From positions 12,648,001 through 12,712,000 of the forward strand of contig NC_087447.1 of the NCBI RefSeq assembly GCF_036321535.1: a stretch of 64,000 nt of DNA, in the 5' to 3' direction. Below the pieces are notes generated by a model. That model had not been told where the DNA came from and made no database searches. It saw only the letters and a list, made by a program, of their open reading frames with translations. This document shows, piece by piece, positions 62,071 to 64,000 of this stretch. This DNA comes from Camelus dromedarius. Lineage: Eukaryota. The translations under genes and the position numbers were made by a program. Position 1 is the first letter of the stretch. Each line of letters opens with the position of its first letter.

Positions 62071-62769
62071 TGTATATTCACATCATATGTAATGACCTAG
62101 AGATATGCATGCAAACAGAAAAACGCTCACATTGTATGTGTCAAATGATACCAGTTGTTCTGTCTATGAGGTGATACTGTGGTCCTTCTTCCTGTTCTTC
62201 TTAATCAGTCTTCACAGTCTGTGCTGTACTCTGTGTCCACACACTTGATGTCAGTGTCACATGTATATTTCTGTCTTGCATTCCATGTGTATGAATATTG
62301 ACAGTTTAAGTTTTCATATTGTTATTGCTATAACTTGTGCTTATCTGGTGCCCGTATGGATGTCTGAAGTATTTTGAATTATTTACCACTAAAATGCACC
62401 TCATAATCTCACCTTTTGGGGGGAAATGTCTCATTGTGATATGTTTCTTAGGTAGATTCATAGGTTAAGAAATTTGAACTACTTTGGTAATTGAAAGCAG
62501 TCATCCTCAAAAAGGACAAAATCAATTTACAAAATCACCACATTTCAGGTGAAAATCATGACAATTTTTTCTTTTATATTCATAGTTCTGTACCATATCT
62601 TCAGTTTTCACCTGAAATTCTTAAATTTTACTGTAGATAGATTTCTAAATGTTCATCATATTCAAATAAGGAGTAGGAAATCTGAAAACTATTAATTCAA
62701 AAATCTTTTACTCTTAAATGTTTTTTATCCATTGTCTTTTTTGATCTTACGACAATAAAATTAGTAGTT

Positions 62770-62900
62770 GGTATTATTTTCACCTTCTTACTGATGAAGA
62801 AACTAAGGTATACAGAAGTGAAAAAAATTGCCAGAGATCTTTTTTTGACCTGGGAAATGTCAGACCCAGCAGGATTTTAGATGCCAAGCAATCTAGGCCC
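62770..62900 (-). mobile_element. MIR core
   Basis: attattttcaccttcttactgatgaagaaactaaggtatacagaagtg. Confidence 0.7.
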
Positions 62901-64000
62901 TTTCCCAGAAGAGCTGTGATGCAGTGACTGCTCCAGCCTGCCAAGATGGGAGGTCAAGGACAGTAATGACAGGCATCCGGTATCTAGAGGACAGACTCAA
63001 AACCTGCTGCAGGGGCTTTGGGAGAAAACTGGGAGCCACTGAAATGGTCCAATAGTAGGCAAATGTGTTTAAATAAACAATGAAAAAATTAATGTTTGAG
63101 AAACATGGATTAAGCTAGCCCTGTGTTCTGTGAGCAGTGAAAATATATGTTAAATCTCTCCTCTCTAGCTGTTAGTAGCAGCTTTGTAGTCTTTGTCATT
63201 AAGCATTCAAATGGCATATATATATTAATACCCATATATATTAAAATGATATGCATGAGTTGCAAACTCAAAATCAATTTCTATGTAACTGAAAATTATA
63301 AAATTATTACATTTGTTTGAAATGCATACAGGCGCATCTCTATCTCTGTCTCTCCATCTGTGTATCTACCTGTCCATATCACAGTTATCAGTTGTGTAGG
63401 GTAACCCCCATGTATAAATTGCTCCCTCAAGTTTATTAGTAGAGTTGGGACAAGAACTCAGGTCTTTAGACTCAGAGAAGGAAGGGAGATGATAGGCATG
63501 CACCTGCCATTTATTATTACCTTTTGTATGTTGTTTAAGAGTTTAAAAGTCTCCAAGTTTTGTAGTATTGTCCTTATTTAATTGGTAACTAACCTGGTGA
63601 GAGCCCACACCTAGTACAGTGCCCTCCTTGGACTACAAGGCGTACGTTCTTCTCCCAAGGATGCATTGCCTAATGGGTTCACTGTGTTCTAAGAAGCTAT
63701 TCCTTACCCAGTAATGACCAACTTACCCAAGATCTGCCCAGTATAACTGTACATAATCCTTGCTACTGGCAAGATGGTCTATGATGTTTCAATTATTTTG
63801 AGTGTGTTTATTTAGAATGTATGATGCCTCTGGGATTCTACCTTGAATTACACTGAATTACATTATTATTATTATTAATTTTTAGACAGTTGGAAAAAAT
63901 ATAATGAGGTCTCATAGGCTTAAAAAAAAAAAGCAGTTCACTTGAGAATTAGTCTTTAGAGACCAAACCAGACTTTAGGTCATGTTAAAGCAGTGACATT

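Noticed and set aside
1-64000. CRISPR arrays, operons, prophage, rRNA, NUMT or processed pseudogenes
   Set aside because: No regularly spaced repeats or recognisable homology seen; this is ordinary mammalian OR-cluster DNA.

Overview
A 64-kb AT-rich mammalian olfactory receptor (OR) cluster. It is class II, OR5/OR8 family. Gene content and order match, in reverse orientation, the human chr11q12 block OR5AL1-OR8U3(OR5R1)-OR5M9-OR5M3-OR5M8 as I recall it; orthology was judged from remembered protein sequences, not a database search. I find 3 intact single-exon OR ORFs: an OR5M3-like gene at 15411-16343 (+), an OR8U-like gene at 36851-37807 (-) and an OR8U3/OR5R1 orthologue at 54625-55584 (+). 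There are 3 full-length frameshifted pseudogenes (OR5M8-, OR5M9- and OR5AL1-like) and 2 genes cut off at TM3/IL2. A probable ~50-bp OR 5' stub at 31925 is joined to a two-step templated insertion. The rest is interspersed repeat (L1, L2, MIR, MLT/ERV LTRs, Tigger/MER DNA elements), microsatellites and one 137-N gap. A tRNA-derived SINE family points to a camelid genome (inference). Nearly all non-OR ORFs in the track are spurious. I found no evidence of a new biological system. The most unusual signals are DNA-repair scars at OR gene deaths, the collapse of the OR5M subfamily, a possible gene-conversion tract, a foldback element and predicted promoter/enhancer motifs.
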